From Octopus sinensis (Eukaryota), in the NCBI RefSeq assembly GCF_006345805.1, contig NC_042998.1, forward strand, positions 93,620,001 to 93,684,000: DNA of 64,000 nucleotides. The letters run 5' to 3'. The notes beneath the pieces were generated by a model. That model worked only from the letters and a program-made list of their open reading frames with translations, had not been told where the DNA came from and searched no databases. The translations under genes were made by a program, and so were the position numbers. Within the stretch, counting starts at the first letter, position 1. The number at the start of each line of letters is the position of its first letter. Below are positions 51,436-64,000 of this stretch, one piece after another.

Positions 51436-54264
51436 TTGTGTTTGTGTGTATTAATGTTTGTTTTTAAGTTATAAAAAGCAATTTTACATTAAACTGAAGG
51501 ATTACTCAATGTATTTGGTAGAGTACAAATTTTAAATCTTTAATAAGAGTATTGTTAAGAGTGACTTCGAAGCTTCGGCCAGCCAAGCTTATCATTGGAC
51601 TGTATATATGTATACACACATATACATACATGTGTCTGTGTGTGTGTGCGCAAATATTGTTGTATAGATACATACACACGCATACCCATACATTTGAGTA
51701 TTTATAATACACTTTTGTGTGTGATATCATATACATTTAAATGTATGCATATGTATACGATGGAAGTATGCGGTTGTATAAAGAAAAATTAAAATAACGA
51801 AGCGCAAAATACTCAGGTATTGTTTGGAGTAAAACAACAATAACAACAACAAATGTAAAAGGAAATAAAGCAAAATTGTCACGGGTAATGTTGATATTTG
51901 GCCCTTGCTAACACTGAAGAGGGTGGAAGACTGTTAAAAAGGTAATGGAAAAGACGTGAAATAGAAAAAGCTAGTAAATGAATTCGTCAGGGAAGTTTAA
52001 AGGAGAGTGGAGTATAAAAAGGTCAGGTTACTTGGTCAACTTCACATCTAGGGAGAAGGATAAAGAAAGTAGGTAATTGAGAGAAATTCTTTTCAATAAC
52101 CTTTCTCTTGATTTGAATCTTTGACATCCTCACCACTCACCACCGTAAAACACGCCTCCAAGTTCATACACCTTCACAGCCTTTTTACAAATAGATATGC
52201 AGACGCACACGCTCATGTGTGGGTTTGCGTATCTATTTGTAAATACACATACACACACACACGTATACGCAGAAATACACGCTATCAGAAAAAAAGAAAA
52301 GCTTGGTGTATGCTAATGTCTGTAGATGTACAGTGTGTTTTATGTTTTATGTGTCTATGTATACCTGTGTTTGTATGTTCGTGTGCAGACCGAATGAATA
52401 AGAAATGGGAGGTAGTACGAGAAGGTTTCAGCTATATTTTACTTAGTCTGCAATCGCTCTTTATCGAGATCTAAAATGGCGGTGGGTCGTTTGACTAGAA
52501 GGGAGGGCTGTACACATAGCCTTTAGCGGGCTTTTAAGGCTGTTAAGTCACAGGGAGGAATATATGCTCAAGCGAGAGACCTGACTCGAAAGCTAGCCAC
52601 AAAATTGGAGTCCTCGGTTAAGCCACCCAAGTACCAGGGAGTAGAGTTAAACCGGCTGATGAAATAAGTTTATCACCCAAGTAGGCTACGGCAGGATTCA
52701 GGACGGATAAAACCTGAAAATATACCGCAAGGAAGGCTGTCCGAATGTTGTCTAATGATGCCACAAACTTACTACCCTAGAATGGTACTTTATTTTATCG
52801 ACCCCCACCCCACAGAAGAATGACCTAAGTGGAATTTGAAATTACAAACGCAAAGAGCCAGAATCCGATGCTCTAACGACTCTGCTAATTCGTCACCTCC
52901 CGGTTTACTTTCCCAGATGAAAAATATTTCATCCAAGTAATGTCCTTTTCTTTCTGCCATAAAATGTTGAGCCGTGTGTTTTATCAAACGAAATCACTAA
53001 TGTTCATTTTCTCGGCAATGAAATGCATATCCTGTTGCTCTTGTTGCTGATGCTGCTGCTGCTGCTGAGGAGGAGGAGGAGGAAAGGATGGGAATGATGA
53101 TGAAGATAATGAATCTCGCATCGGTTTTGAGCTTGGCTATGTTATTAAGCGGGTGAGTATATTACAGTCGTTTGTAACTGTAACTAAATGTTCTAGCAGA
53201 ATCAACATCACAATGCGTGATAAGGGGTTAAGCTCAGGTTCCCTCCAATCTCAGATCAAACAGGATGATGCACCATAAGTTAACCTGGGATTATAGATTT
53301 TTCCTTTATTTCATTTTTCTTTCTGTTAGAGCCTACTCAGAGAATATAACTTTTACAGAGCTTCCAAGACTGGTGGAAGAAAGGAAAGGGGGAAAAAAAA
53401 GAAAAAAGAAGCCAAGTGTTACTGTGGGAAATACCACATTAAGATATCGATTAAGATAGCTTCAGATTGGTGACTTGGCGAAAGTCACAGAAGAGTGAAT
53501 TTTCGTTAGATATACCAAGAAACATGTGATAAACCGAACAACGGATTGAGCCTACTACATAAGCAGAGGTTTAAGTCCAGCCTACGGACCTCTTGTTAAT
53601 GTCTGTGTACCTAAATTTTGCCCGGATGAATCTTGAAGTTCCGTGAATGCCAAGCAAACTTTTTAACCACGGCCATACGTTCAAATTTAGCAATAAAGAG
53701 ACTTACCCATCTAATCAACGAAATCGTATATTCATACGTACGCATTTTATTTTAAATATCATTTACTAAAATAGAATAAGTACGCTTATCATCTGGAGAA
53801 AGCTTTCAGACAAAGCTCATAAATAGATATTCATTTTGCGATTTAATATTAACTCGTCGACTTTGCTTTTCATGAGCACTTTCCATATATTGAGGCCACG
53901 TATACCAAATAATATCCTTGTGACAAGGTTCGAAATCAGTCCGCCAAACCGAGTACCCAAGTACTTCAGTCAATCTTTATATTGAATTCAAATCCTGATT
54001 TTTATTACACGCAATATATGTGGCTGCTCGTATTATAACAGCTTTTTCCATCTTAAATTCATCTGACAAAAACATAGACGAGGAGGTGGTTAAGCATTGA
54101 TATTTGAAAACTTTAAATCCACGATAGTCTTGAGCGTTCAAGTATATCGCTGCCTTGTGATAGTTTCGTTCGCATGTCCTTTACTATACTTAAGCGACAT
54201 ACTTGTTCTTATACATGTATGAATGGGTAAAATATAGTGAGAAATGTGTATGCAAGTAGGTGTT

Positions 54265-54299
<35 letters not shown>

Positions 54300-54735
54300 G
54301 GTGGGGGAGAGGGAGAGAGATAGGGAGAGAGAGGAAGAGAGAGTGTTTGCATTTATATCTCTGTGTGTGCGTGTACACGCGTTGATAGAGAAGTCATGGC
54401 GAGTGTACTGATACGTATGAGTAAATTGTATATATGACAATTAAGTTCATCTCTCTGTGCTGAAGTGGGGCGGACATCTTTCTTTACTAAACTGATATTT
54501 CATCGTTTGCTAAGTAGGCACCGCTAATTTTCAAACATTGTTCACCCATCTCCCGTTTGTCCCTGCTTTAAAAGACCTCCCACTTTATTCACACCTTATT
54601 TTTTCTGACCTTCACGAAAAAAAGAAAAACGGGATTCTTATATACGGAAACTATCTCGGTTTTAAATAACGCCTACTCATCAATAGCAATAATGAAATAA
54701 AAGAATAAAAAATACAAGCAGAAAAAACTGAAACA

Positions 54736-54764
54736 ACGGTAACGTTTTCGTGTTCATCAGCCAT
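54736..54764 (-). ncRNA. Hammerhead-like motif without stem II
   Basis: ATGG-CTGATGA-ACAC-GAAA-ACGT-TA-CCGT. Confidence 0.35.
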
Positions 54765-55192
54765 AAAAAGATGCAATGAACGGTATTGTATTTAACTACA
54801 ATGACATAGAGCGATCATAGCAGTGTCCGAATACGTCAATTTGACAGGCGCCATGGATAAAATTATTTTTTTGGGTTTTTTTTTTTACTAAATCTTAAGA
54901 TCTATGCAAATTTAAATGTTGAATTAAAAGCAGCTCTAATAATGTAAATATAGGCGATGATACATACTGTATGTATTTCATTTTTACGCCCATTAGCTGC
55001 GGGATAGCGTCCTGGGAAACGTACACTATGTATTTGTCATCGATGATATTTGTATTATTGGAGCTGCTTCACTTCATAATTTAATTTTGTCTCACATATG
55101 CTACACCACAGCACATCAGCAAATAGATTATACACTATTTGTATATATGTTTCCGATTAGCGATACTCTTCGTTTTGTGGTGGATCAAGTAT

Positions 55193-55236
55193 AAAGCGCT
55201 GAAGAGCTAAAAGGATAGCGAAATACGTTCACCTTT
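55193..55236 (+). ncRNA. Minimal hammerhead motif, canonical core
   Basis: AAAGCG-CTGAAGA-GCTA-AAAGGA-TAGC-GAAA-TACG-TT-CACCTTT; imperfect stems I and III. Confidence 0.5.
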
Positions 55237-55658
55237 CGAACGAATTCTCTCACTTGTTCTCAGACATTCAGTGTTTTTTAACACCCGATGTCGTGAAGGG
55301 ACGTTTTCCAGGACGTTATTCAGAAGCTAATGGGCGGGTAAGCAAAAACACATACACTGTGACTATGTCATTGATAATGCTTAAAAGCTATACATTAAAA
55401 AATGATCCTTTTTGTATATTTTACAATCGCTTCGAGCTCTTGCTAAAAGTGTTCGTTTTAAGTCGGCTGAAAGTGTTACTAACGGTGGAAGTAAGTCGTT
55501 GGTCAACTATAGCAGTGTTACAATGAAGGAAAACTTAAAACAAAAACAAAAAAAAACTATCCTTAGGTGATATTTTATACGAGCTGACATAACGATATCA
55601 CACACATACACACACACGAACACATACACAGATCCACATCTGTGTATCCATGGCTATC

Positions 55659-55830
55659 GGCACAGGCATAGCTGTGTGGTTAAGATGCTTGCTTTGCAGC
55701 CTCATATTTTCGGGTTCAGTCCCACTGTGCAGTGCCATAGCTAAGTATATTATACAACAGCCTCGGGTCGACTAAAGTCTTGTGAGGGAATTCGGTAGAT
55801 ATAACTGCGTAGAAGACCGTCATATACATA

Positions 55831-55881
<51 letters not shown>

Positions 55882-56080
55882 CTGCCTGTCTGCTTGTCTC
55901 ATGCACCGCTTGACAACTGGTGTTGGTTTGTTTATTTCCCCGTGCCTAGCTGTTCGGCAAAAGAGTCTTAAAATAATTCGAGATATTTTTAGTTAACAAA
56001 ATGTGTACTGGGGTCGATTTGTTCGACTAAACCCTTCAAGGCAGTACCTCACCATGACCACTGTCCATTAACTAAAACAA
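55659..56080 (+). mobile_element. SINE family A, decayed
   Basis: Alignment to family A. Confidence 0.8.
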
Positions 56081-56203
56081 CACACACATATTATATATAT
56101 ATGTTTGTGGATACATACATATATTATATGTTTATTTTATTTTTATCTTTTATTTTTTACTTGTTTCAATCACTAGACTACGGCAGTAGTGGGACACTTA
56201 GAG

Positions 56204-56425
56204 CGCATGGCCTAATGGTTAGAGTGTTGCACTCATGTTCATGAGATCGTGGCTTCAATTCCTAGATCGGATGATGCGTTATGCTTTTGAGCAAAACACT
56301 TCATCTGACGTTGCTATGCGATCACTTCAACACCTGACGCGGGGTACACCATGCACTTGTTCAAGCAACGTTGATTTGATGGATGGAGTGAGCCAATGTG
56401 CAGCATGATCATTTGATCATTATAA
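56204..56425 (+). mobile_element. SINE family C-like
   Basis: TGGCCTAATGG A box, GGCTTCAATTCC B-box-like, TTTTGAGCAAAACACTT. Confidence 0.6.
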
Positions 56426-56599
56426 ACAAATCATTTGTGCAGGTCGTTTCGTTTGGCAAAAACTGAACACTCATATGTCGTCTTCGACGGAAGAGTCCAC
56501 CATATACATACATACATACATACATACATACATACATACATACATACATACATACATACATACATACATACATACATACATACATACGTACGTACATAC

Positions 56600-57083
56600 A
56601 AGCCACTCCCAATAAAAAGGAATACTGGTGGAATGCACCAGTGAAGACCTGATATAATGATTTGGGATTGAGAAGAGAAACTGTACACAGTTGTGGAAAT
56701 CAGCTACCCAGCGGATGTTAACGTAAAGCTGAAGATCAGTGAAAATGAGAACACTTATGCTGAACTATTGAGAAATCTATAGTGACTCTATCCAGATTAC
56801 AAGTTCAGGTTTATACCTGCAATTATTGGGGCCCTGGGATATGTAACACACTGTCTAAATACCAATCTTGAGAAATTAGGATTCTTAAGACCAGAAAGGA
56901 GAAAGCTAATTCGAAAGCTAATCCATCACTGGAACTGTAAAAATCTATAAAACTTTCCAGAGGTTTATCATTTAAATATATATGAGCATGTCTAGATATG
57001 CAACTCTATGCATGAGAATACATATATAAAACGTACAAATCTGGAGATACATACATACATACATACATACATACATACATACA

Positions 57084-57117
<34 letters not shown>

Positions 57118-57315
57118 CATACATACATACATACATAATTCGAAGACTACAGATCCAGTCCATCGCTGGAACTGTAAAAATCTGTAAAACTTTCCAGAAG
57201 TTTATCATTTAAATAATATGAGCATGTCTAGATATGCAACTCTATGCATGAGAATACATATATAAAACGTACAAATCTGGAGATACATACATACATACAT
57301 ACATACATACATACA

Positions 57316-57349
<34 letters not shown>

Positions 57350-57517
57350 CATACATACATACATACATAATTCGAAGACTACAGATCCAGTCCATCGCTG
57401 GAACTGTAAAAATCTGTAAAACTTTCCAGAAGTTTATCATTTAAATAAATATGAGCATGTCTAGATATGCAACTCTATGCATGAGAATACATATATAAAA
57501 CGTACAAATTTGGAGAT
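56600..57517 (+). mobile_element. 3' end of a restriction-like-endonuclease (R4/Dong-type) non-LTR retrotransposon with three tandem 3' termini separated by (TACA)n
   Basis: EYWWNAPVKT / RPDIMIWD*EEKLYTVVEISYPADVN...TYAELLRNL**LYPDYKFRFIPAIIGALG; terminus IRRLQIQSIAGTVKICKTFQKFII* repeated at 57137 and 57369. Confidence 0.8.
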
Positions 57518-57606
57518 ACATATATACATGCATACATACATGCATACATACATACATACATACATATACATACATACATACATACATACATACATAAATA
57601 CATACA

Positions 57607-57640
<34 letters not shown>

Positions 57641-58559
57641 CTCTGTTGTTGATGTTGAAATTCCAATGAAAGAGCCTTGGATCTAGGTTAGAAACCGGCT
57701 CTTTCTCTATTGGCAAGAAATCTTGAAATAAAACTGAACAATGACATACACACATACACACACACACAAATACATACATACATACATACATACATACATA
57801 CATACATACATACATACATACATACATACATACATACATACATACATACATACACACAGAAAATTGGATAGAAAGAGTCAAAGCTTTCGACTTTTTCTAT
57901 CCATTTTTTGTGTGTATATGAATATATATACATATATGTGTATGCGCGCCCGTGTGTATGTTCGCACGCGTGTGTATGAACAACAACAACATTGAACATT
58001 AATACAAAATATTTCAAGCGTATGACAAACAAGTGGGAAAAAAATATTTTTTTTAATTTATCACTTACTACCAAACGAATTCAAACCATACTTAAGGCCA
58101 GAAGACGATAGTGAAAGTAATGTCTTAAATTCAATGATGTCCAAATTTTGTATTAATTTTGTTGAATTCATCCAAATTCCAGAAGCACGTTAGTCATCCA
58201 GGTACTTTTTTAAGCATCTAAATTTTCAAATCTGAGTTTCTTCTGTATAACCCAACTGGCTTGCTTCTATCAATTGGTTTTCACACTGTTTTGAATCTGT
58301 TTTTCTGCTCATTTATTAGATTATATTGGCGGTGTGGTGACAAACAAAAACAAAAACAAACAGCAAATGCCGGGAAGTTAAGAGGTTTACAGTGAACTGT
58401 TGTATATAGAGTGTATAGAAGAGGAAGGTTGCTTAAGCAGCTCTTAGAAAAGATGTTTAACAAAAGAAGTATTTTTTAACCAATCAATACGTATCCAATA
58501 AAACTAACAGTAATTATTGCAAGCTGACCCGCTTGTATACACATACATACATATTTTTT

Positions 58560-60400
58560 TTTCTGGCTGCCCCTCGTTATCGAGTATGGCCATTACACGA
58601 AGCTTAACTGTTACTGGTGCTGTGATCGAATGTGACTTTTTAGCCCAGCTAAAGATCTACAATGTCTTGTACAAAATTGGCAACTAAGACCTTTACTGGT
58701 AATAGCCGGCTGTAGTTGTAACTGGGCTTCTTGTACCTTTGCATGTCGTTTAAGTCCTCCTGCCAAATTACACTCTCTTCCACATGCCCGACAGATATGA
58801 TTAGTATGGTGTGTTACACCACCACCAGTGGCCAGGTTGTCACTCATCTGTCTCGTTTTATGACTACGAAGATGACTCATGAGTCCAGCTTTACTGAGGC
58901 AGGGTCTTGCACAGGCATAGCATGTCAGAATCAAAGGAAGACCCTTCCCTTCTGGAAGTGTAACAGCGATGCCCTTCCTGACATCCCTCCTTATTTTCTC
59001 ATGTGCAACTCGAGATTTCTCAAACGTGGCTGTCCCCTCATGCACAATCCTTCTCCACCTGCTACGATCAATAGCTATGCCTTCCCATGTGTCAGGAGAG
59101 ATGCAAGCATCTCTTAAGGAAGCCTTCAGCAAGTCCTTATACCTCTTTTATGGTTTATGTGGAGGTCGTTCTCCTTTAGATGACTCTCCATAAAAGAATT
59201 GTTTTGGCATCCTTGAATCCTTCATTCTGACCAGATGACCACTCCATCTGAGCCTTTGCTTTAACACAAGAGCTTCTATACTTTCACACCGAGAGCCTTC
59301 GAGTATTTCAAGATCACTGACGCGGTACTTCCACTTAATGCTATAGATCCGTCTGAGGCACATCTGACGGAAACGTTCCAGATGTTTAAGGTGGTATCGA
59401 TATGTGACCCACGTCTCGCAGGCATAGAGAAGAGAAGGGAGCACACATGCTTTGTACACCTTTATCTTTGTCTTTCTGCATATGTCTCGCCGACTCCAGA
59501 GGCGCTTTTCTAGCCTTCCGAAAGCAACACTTGCTTTCCTAATTCTATATGGAACTTCATCATCCACATTGCCATATCTATTAATAGTGCTTCCCAGGTA
59601 GACAAACTGATCGACTACATCAAGTCGTTTACCATTTACATAGATATTTGGTACACTATACTGCTTACCAGGGGCAGGTTGATGCATGACAACAGTTTTC
59701 TTGAGATTGACTGTCAATCCTAAGGCAGTGCATGCATCAGAGAATGCATTCAAAATGTGTTGCATATCAATCTCTGTGTGTGCTACAATCATCAGCATAC
59801 AAAAGGTCTCTTATGATAGAGGTAAATATCTTTATTTTTGCAGCAAGGCGCCTGATATTAAATATGCTGCCAGAGGTTCGATGATGGACGTAAACACCGT
59901 ATCTGCAGATTCTGAACGCAATACAGAACACCATCGCGAAATATATGGAAAATAGGGTCGGTGCCAGAATATCCCCCTGTTTCACTCCATTTTGTATTGA
60001 AATGGGCTCCGACATCTTCCCTCTAATATTCACCCTACCATTCATGTCTTCATGAAAAGACCTGACCAAAGCAAGGAACTTTTCAGGACACCCAAGTTTC
60101 TGGAGGACTTTCCATAATGCTTTTCTATTGACGGTATCAAAGGCTTTTGTCAGATCGACAAACACCTGATACAAATCCAGACCCTGTTCCACACACTTTT
60201 CCTGAAGCTGTCTAGCTGAAAAGATCATATCAGCAGTGCCGCGTCTCACACGAAAGCCAGATTGACTTTCTGGAAGAACACAATCTGCAATGTATTTCAG
60301 CAGACGATCCAAAAGTATCCTGCATAAAACCTTTCCTACAGCAGACAGCAATGATATTCCCCTATAATTACCACAATCATTCCTGTTGCCCTTTCCTATA
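58560..60400 (-). mobile_element. 5'-truncated RTE (BovB-like) LINE; RT plus C-terminal C2H2 fingers; pseudogenised
   Basis: NYRGISLLS, PESQSGFR, FVDLTKAFDTV, GVKQGDILAPTLF, LLYADDC, LRWSGHLVRM; frameshift after YADDC and an in-frame stop at ~59150. Confidence 0.95.
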
Positions 60401-60407
60401 CATACAT

Positions 60408-60447
<40 letters not shown>

Positions 60448-60498
60448 ACATACATACATACATACATACATACATACATACATACATACATACATACA

Positions 60499-60529
<31 letters not shown>

Positions 60530-60927
60530 GTACGTACGTACCAGGGACTTGCCGCCTAGGTAGGCAGTGCCTACCTTGAATAAAATAGATCGGTAGTAAC
60601 ATTTTCCTTTTATGGCAAAATATGTACTTAATTTAATAAAATTATGAAGGTTACTCTGATTACTATGCATAAAATGCAATTCTATTTTTTCAAATTTTTG
60701 ATTAGCCAGGCATAATTCGCCCCTGCTTTTGAATCACAGTATTTAAGCTATGCATAGTACTGCTGTAGTACACGTGCAGCGTACATTCCTACAGCATCCT
60801 TTTCTTTACGTGTTATAAAGACAGAAGTAAATCTGCCTTCAACTCAGTCGTGTGCCTGTGTTTCGCTATTTTTTGTGTGTTTTACTATATAAAAGTCACC
60901 AACTGTCTATACTGAGTAATTACTGAT

Positions 60928-61151
60928 GGCACGGCAGAAACGTTAGCACGCCAGGCGAAATGCTTAGCGGTATTTCATCTGCCGTTACGTTGTGAGTTCA
61001 AATTCCGCCGAGGTCGACTTTGCCTTTCATCCTTTCGGGGTCGATAAATTAAGTACCAGTTACGCATTGGGGTCGATGTAATCGACTTAATCCGTTTGTC
61101 TGACCTAGTTTGTCCCCTCTGTGTTTAACCCCTTGTGGGCAGTAAAGAAAT
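60928..61151 (+). mobile_element. SINE family B, full length
   Basis: GGCAGAAACGTTAG...GAGTTCAAATTCCGCCGAGGTCGAC...GTAAAGAAATA. Confidence 0.9.
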
Positions 61152-61158
61152 ATATATA

Positions 61159-61213
<55 letters not shown>

Positions 61214-61215
61214 TA

Positions 61216-61426
61216 CGAGGGGTACTGAAAGTTCCTGGCGTTAAGGACATTGTGAAAGGCCTGGCTGGAGGCTCAACCCTCCAAGTTCATTTACAGGGTT
61301 TAGAAAACTGAAGGACTGCTGCAATAAGTGTGTGAATCTGAGAGGGAATATGTTGAATAAAATCAGAATTAACTGATCCTCCTGTATTTTTTGTAACCAA
61401 AGCCGTGAACTTTTCAGCACCCCTCA
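61216..61426 (+). mobile_element. Mariner-derived MITE (211 bp), a different family from 43846
   Basis: TIRs CGAGGGGTACTGAAAGTTC / GAACTTTTCAGCACCCCTCA after TA; retains the transposase C-terminus LENLKDCCNKCVNL-EYVE*-like codons. Confidence 0.8.
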
Positions 61427-61799
61427 TGCGTACGTACATACATACATACATACATACATACATACATACATACATACATACATACATACATACATAAATG
61501 CATACATAGCCGCATATAGCTATGTGTATATGTATGTGTGTTTGTATGTATGTATGTATGTATGTATGTATGTATGTATGTATGTATGTATGTATGTATG
61601 TATGTATGTATTTGTGTTTACACATACATTTTCATGTATTTAAGACTGTTATTGAGTAGAAATCTCAAAGCTGTTGCCATTTTGTCTTATAATCACTTCC
61701 AACGATGATTCGAACCTGCAACAGCTGTGCTATGTGACCCATACACCCATACATACATGCATACATACATACATACATACGTAGATACATACAAACATG

Positions 61800-61800
61800 C

Positions 61801-61891
<91 letters not shown>

Positions 61892-61910
61892 TAGATAGAT
61901 AGATAGATAT
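61800..61910. repeat. (ATAG)n microsatellite
   Basis: Direct reading. Confidence 0.97.
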
Positions 61911-64000
61911 TTCCAATAATATAATACTGTTTGAAACGATATTTATGGATGTATTTATCTATTTATTCTTAGATTCCAAGTATGTGGTTAAATATTTAAA
62001 TATTACTTCTACAGAACTGAGAAACAATGCTGAATTAATCCCTAGAGTAATGTTTTCGTGTCTTAATCCCGTGTTTAATCATTATGCAGCTGAAGATAAA
62101 GTTATGCGTTTGTTGGAGACAATACATGCTGTGTTCAGATGTTATGCTTGCAGTTCAATAAACAACATCAAGGACGATGACAGTATTATTAGCAACAGTA
62201 AGTGATAAAAAAAAATGTGAATGTTTTAATACGAATTCGAAATGATGACGTAAATAGGCGTTAAATGCGAAATATATGGCAGGTGTTTTGGAACCGTTTT
62301 ACCAGGATAAACGGTTCTTTAAGAATATCTCACATGCCACCTGTTATTCTATTGTTTCCCAGAATACTACCATAAACTCACCTTCCTTCAGTTTTGACAT
62401 TCAAACGACAAATCTTACTATTTCTATTTCTTTGTCGTCAAATCCTTTTCTAAACAAACGTCAAATGTCTTCCTACGATTTCAGTGTAAGATTTACTGGT
62501 GGCCACTAGTTTATGCTAAACCATAATCAACTGTATTAATTAATGGTGAGAGAGAGAGAGAGAGAGAAAAAAAAACAGAAACTCAGTTTGGCAACAGGTT
62601 TAACTGTAACTTAATGTCAGAGAAAATTTATAGGCCCCGTATACATTATATTCAAAACATTTAAATCTTCGGACTATTAAGCTGCTTAATATAAAGATTT
62701 CTGTTTCTAATTCTGAAAGTGATACATCATCACTTTCTATTTGAAAATAAAAGATGTAGATATATTCTGATTGGTTTTAAATGGGAATTAAACAATAAAA
62801 CACCTGGTGTCATGACAGTAGTTATTGTAAGGGAAACAATCACTTCTGGAAGTTGGAATTTTAAATTGAAGAGAATATGCTCAGAATATACATATTTGAT
62901 ATTTTTCCTACTCTTAACAAAGCTCTTAGATATTTTTTAATCATTGTTGTCCATGTGTATAGCGCCATTTCATCCTTTTTTGAAATAAGCAGCATAACAT
63001 AACCCCAGGCAAGTAGATTGCACTAAGTTAAGTATTTTATGGAGCGAAACAGTTTAGAAGACATTCAACTAAACAGTAGAATCTAATTACTAATAACCTG
63101 ATGCACTAAATTAAAAAAAAGAAAAGTAAGCAACAATGAATAAATGAAACTTTTTATTCAATTTAGATCTCTTTATAAATTTTAAAATTTCATTTCATTT
63201 GTGAGTCATAAAAAGGTTTCTAAAGATCGTGATGTTAACTCATATGGTTTCGTCTGGTATAAATAAGAAATGTTAAAATAATAATAATAATAAATAAAAA
63301 CCTTATTTATCATTACTCATTCTTTCGAAAATATTGATCTCTCATAAAAGGATAAATTTAGTCAACTATAGGTGGACTCTTGACTTTTCACCTTTAAGTA
63401 TACGGATATCGATAAACAATATTAGTTACCCTACATTTGGAGCCTTCTCTGCTTTGTTTACAAGTTTGGAAATCGAATTTATTACTTTCAGATTCCACTC
63501 CTACCATTTACCACATAGCTCTTTCTTGTAACTGTATTATCTGAACTCGTGATTCCAGTCCCTCTTCCCTAGATTTGCCTCCATCTGTCCTATTGCATAC
63601 TTTCACTGTAGTTTCTTTCGTCTAATAAATAAATAATGTATTTTCTAATAAGAGGGAAGTAGTAATTCTGTGACATTCATGTCTTTTTCAAACGTAATAA
63701 TACTAGGTTAAGTAGAACAATAATAGCAAAGCAGGAATATAAAGTTTGTTCGCCAAAAGTGAAACATATCTTCGTTATTAAGTATGTAAATATATCGACT
63801 TGGAGTGTTATGAATACCACACGCCCCTATACAATCCAGGCTCACAACACATAAATACACTGCAACACAATTTACTTTTCCTCAACAATGTTTAACATTA
63901 TCCCAAAACAAATCAAAGAAGAAAACGATCCCTTCCTCCTCGAACAATATCTCAACAAATTTCTTCGAGCAACTTATGATACATCTCAGTAACTAACAAC

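Noticed and set aside
52470-52760. GC-richer block with CTGATGA at ~52657 and a possible minus-strand exon
   Set aside because: No HHR stems, a short frame ending in a stop, and no recognisable product.
60542-60726. CAGGG...CCCCTG ends and a GGTAGGCA-G-TGCCTACC hairpin suggesting a hAT or Helitron-type element
   Set aside because: TIR match is poor, there is no TSD and no CTRR at the expected distance.

Overview
Eukaryotic, AT-rich, repeat-saturated genomic DNA with one 100-N gap (1147-1246). The very dense (TA)n/(TG)n/(TATG)n/(AAT)n microsatellites and the tRNA-derived SINE families resemble an octopus/cephalopod genome; this is inference from recognising repeat types, not a database hit. 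No host protein-coding exon could be supported, and most ORFs in the track are microsatellite artefacts. Recognisable content: several Penelope-like element (PLE) remnants (RT thumb plus GIY-YIG), a 5'-truncated CR1-type LINE, a 5'-truncated RTE LINE, the 3' end of a restriction-like-endonuclease (R4/Dong-type) retrotransposon, a full-length decayed mariner and an internally deleted sister copy, several MITEs, at least three SINE families and a 28S rRNA fragment. The most striking signal is about 15 minimal type I hammerhead-ribozyme (HHR) motifs from several families, including core variants (U3-A8, U3-G8, U4C, long or absent stem II). One family is a tRNA-headed, SINE-like element whose tail is an HHR-bearing PLE-type terminal repeat; it occurs twice as a head-to-head inverted pair (26122-26750 and 39771-40225). 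This is a candidate Pol III-driven, ribozyme-containing non-autonomous retroelement that may depend on PLE machinery. Ribozyme activity, transcription and novelty cannot be shown from sequence alone.
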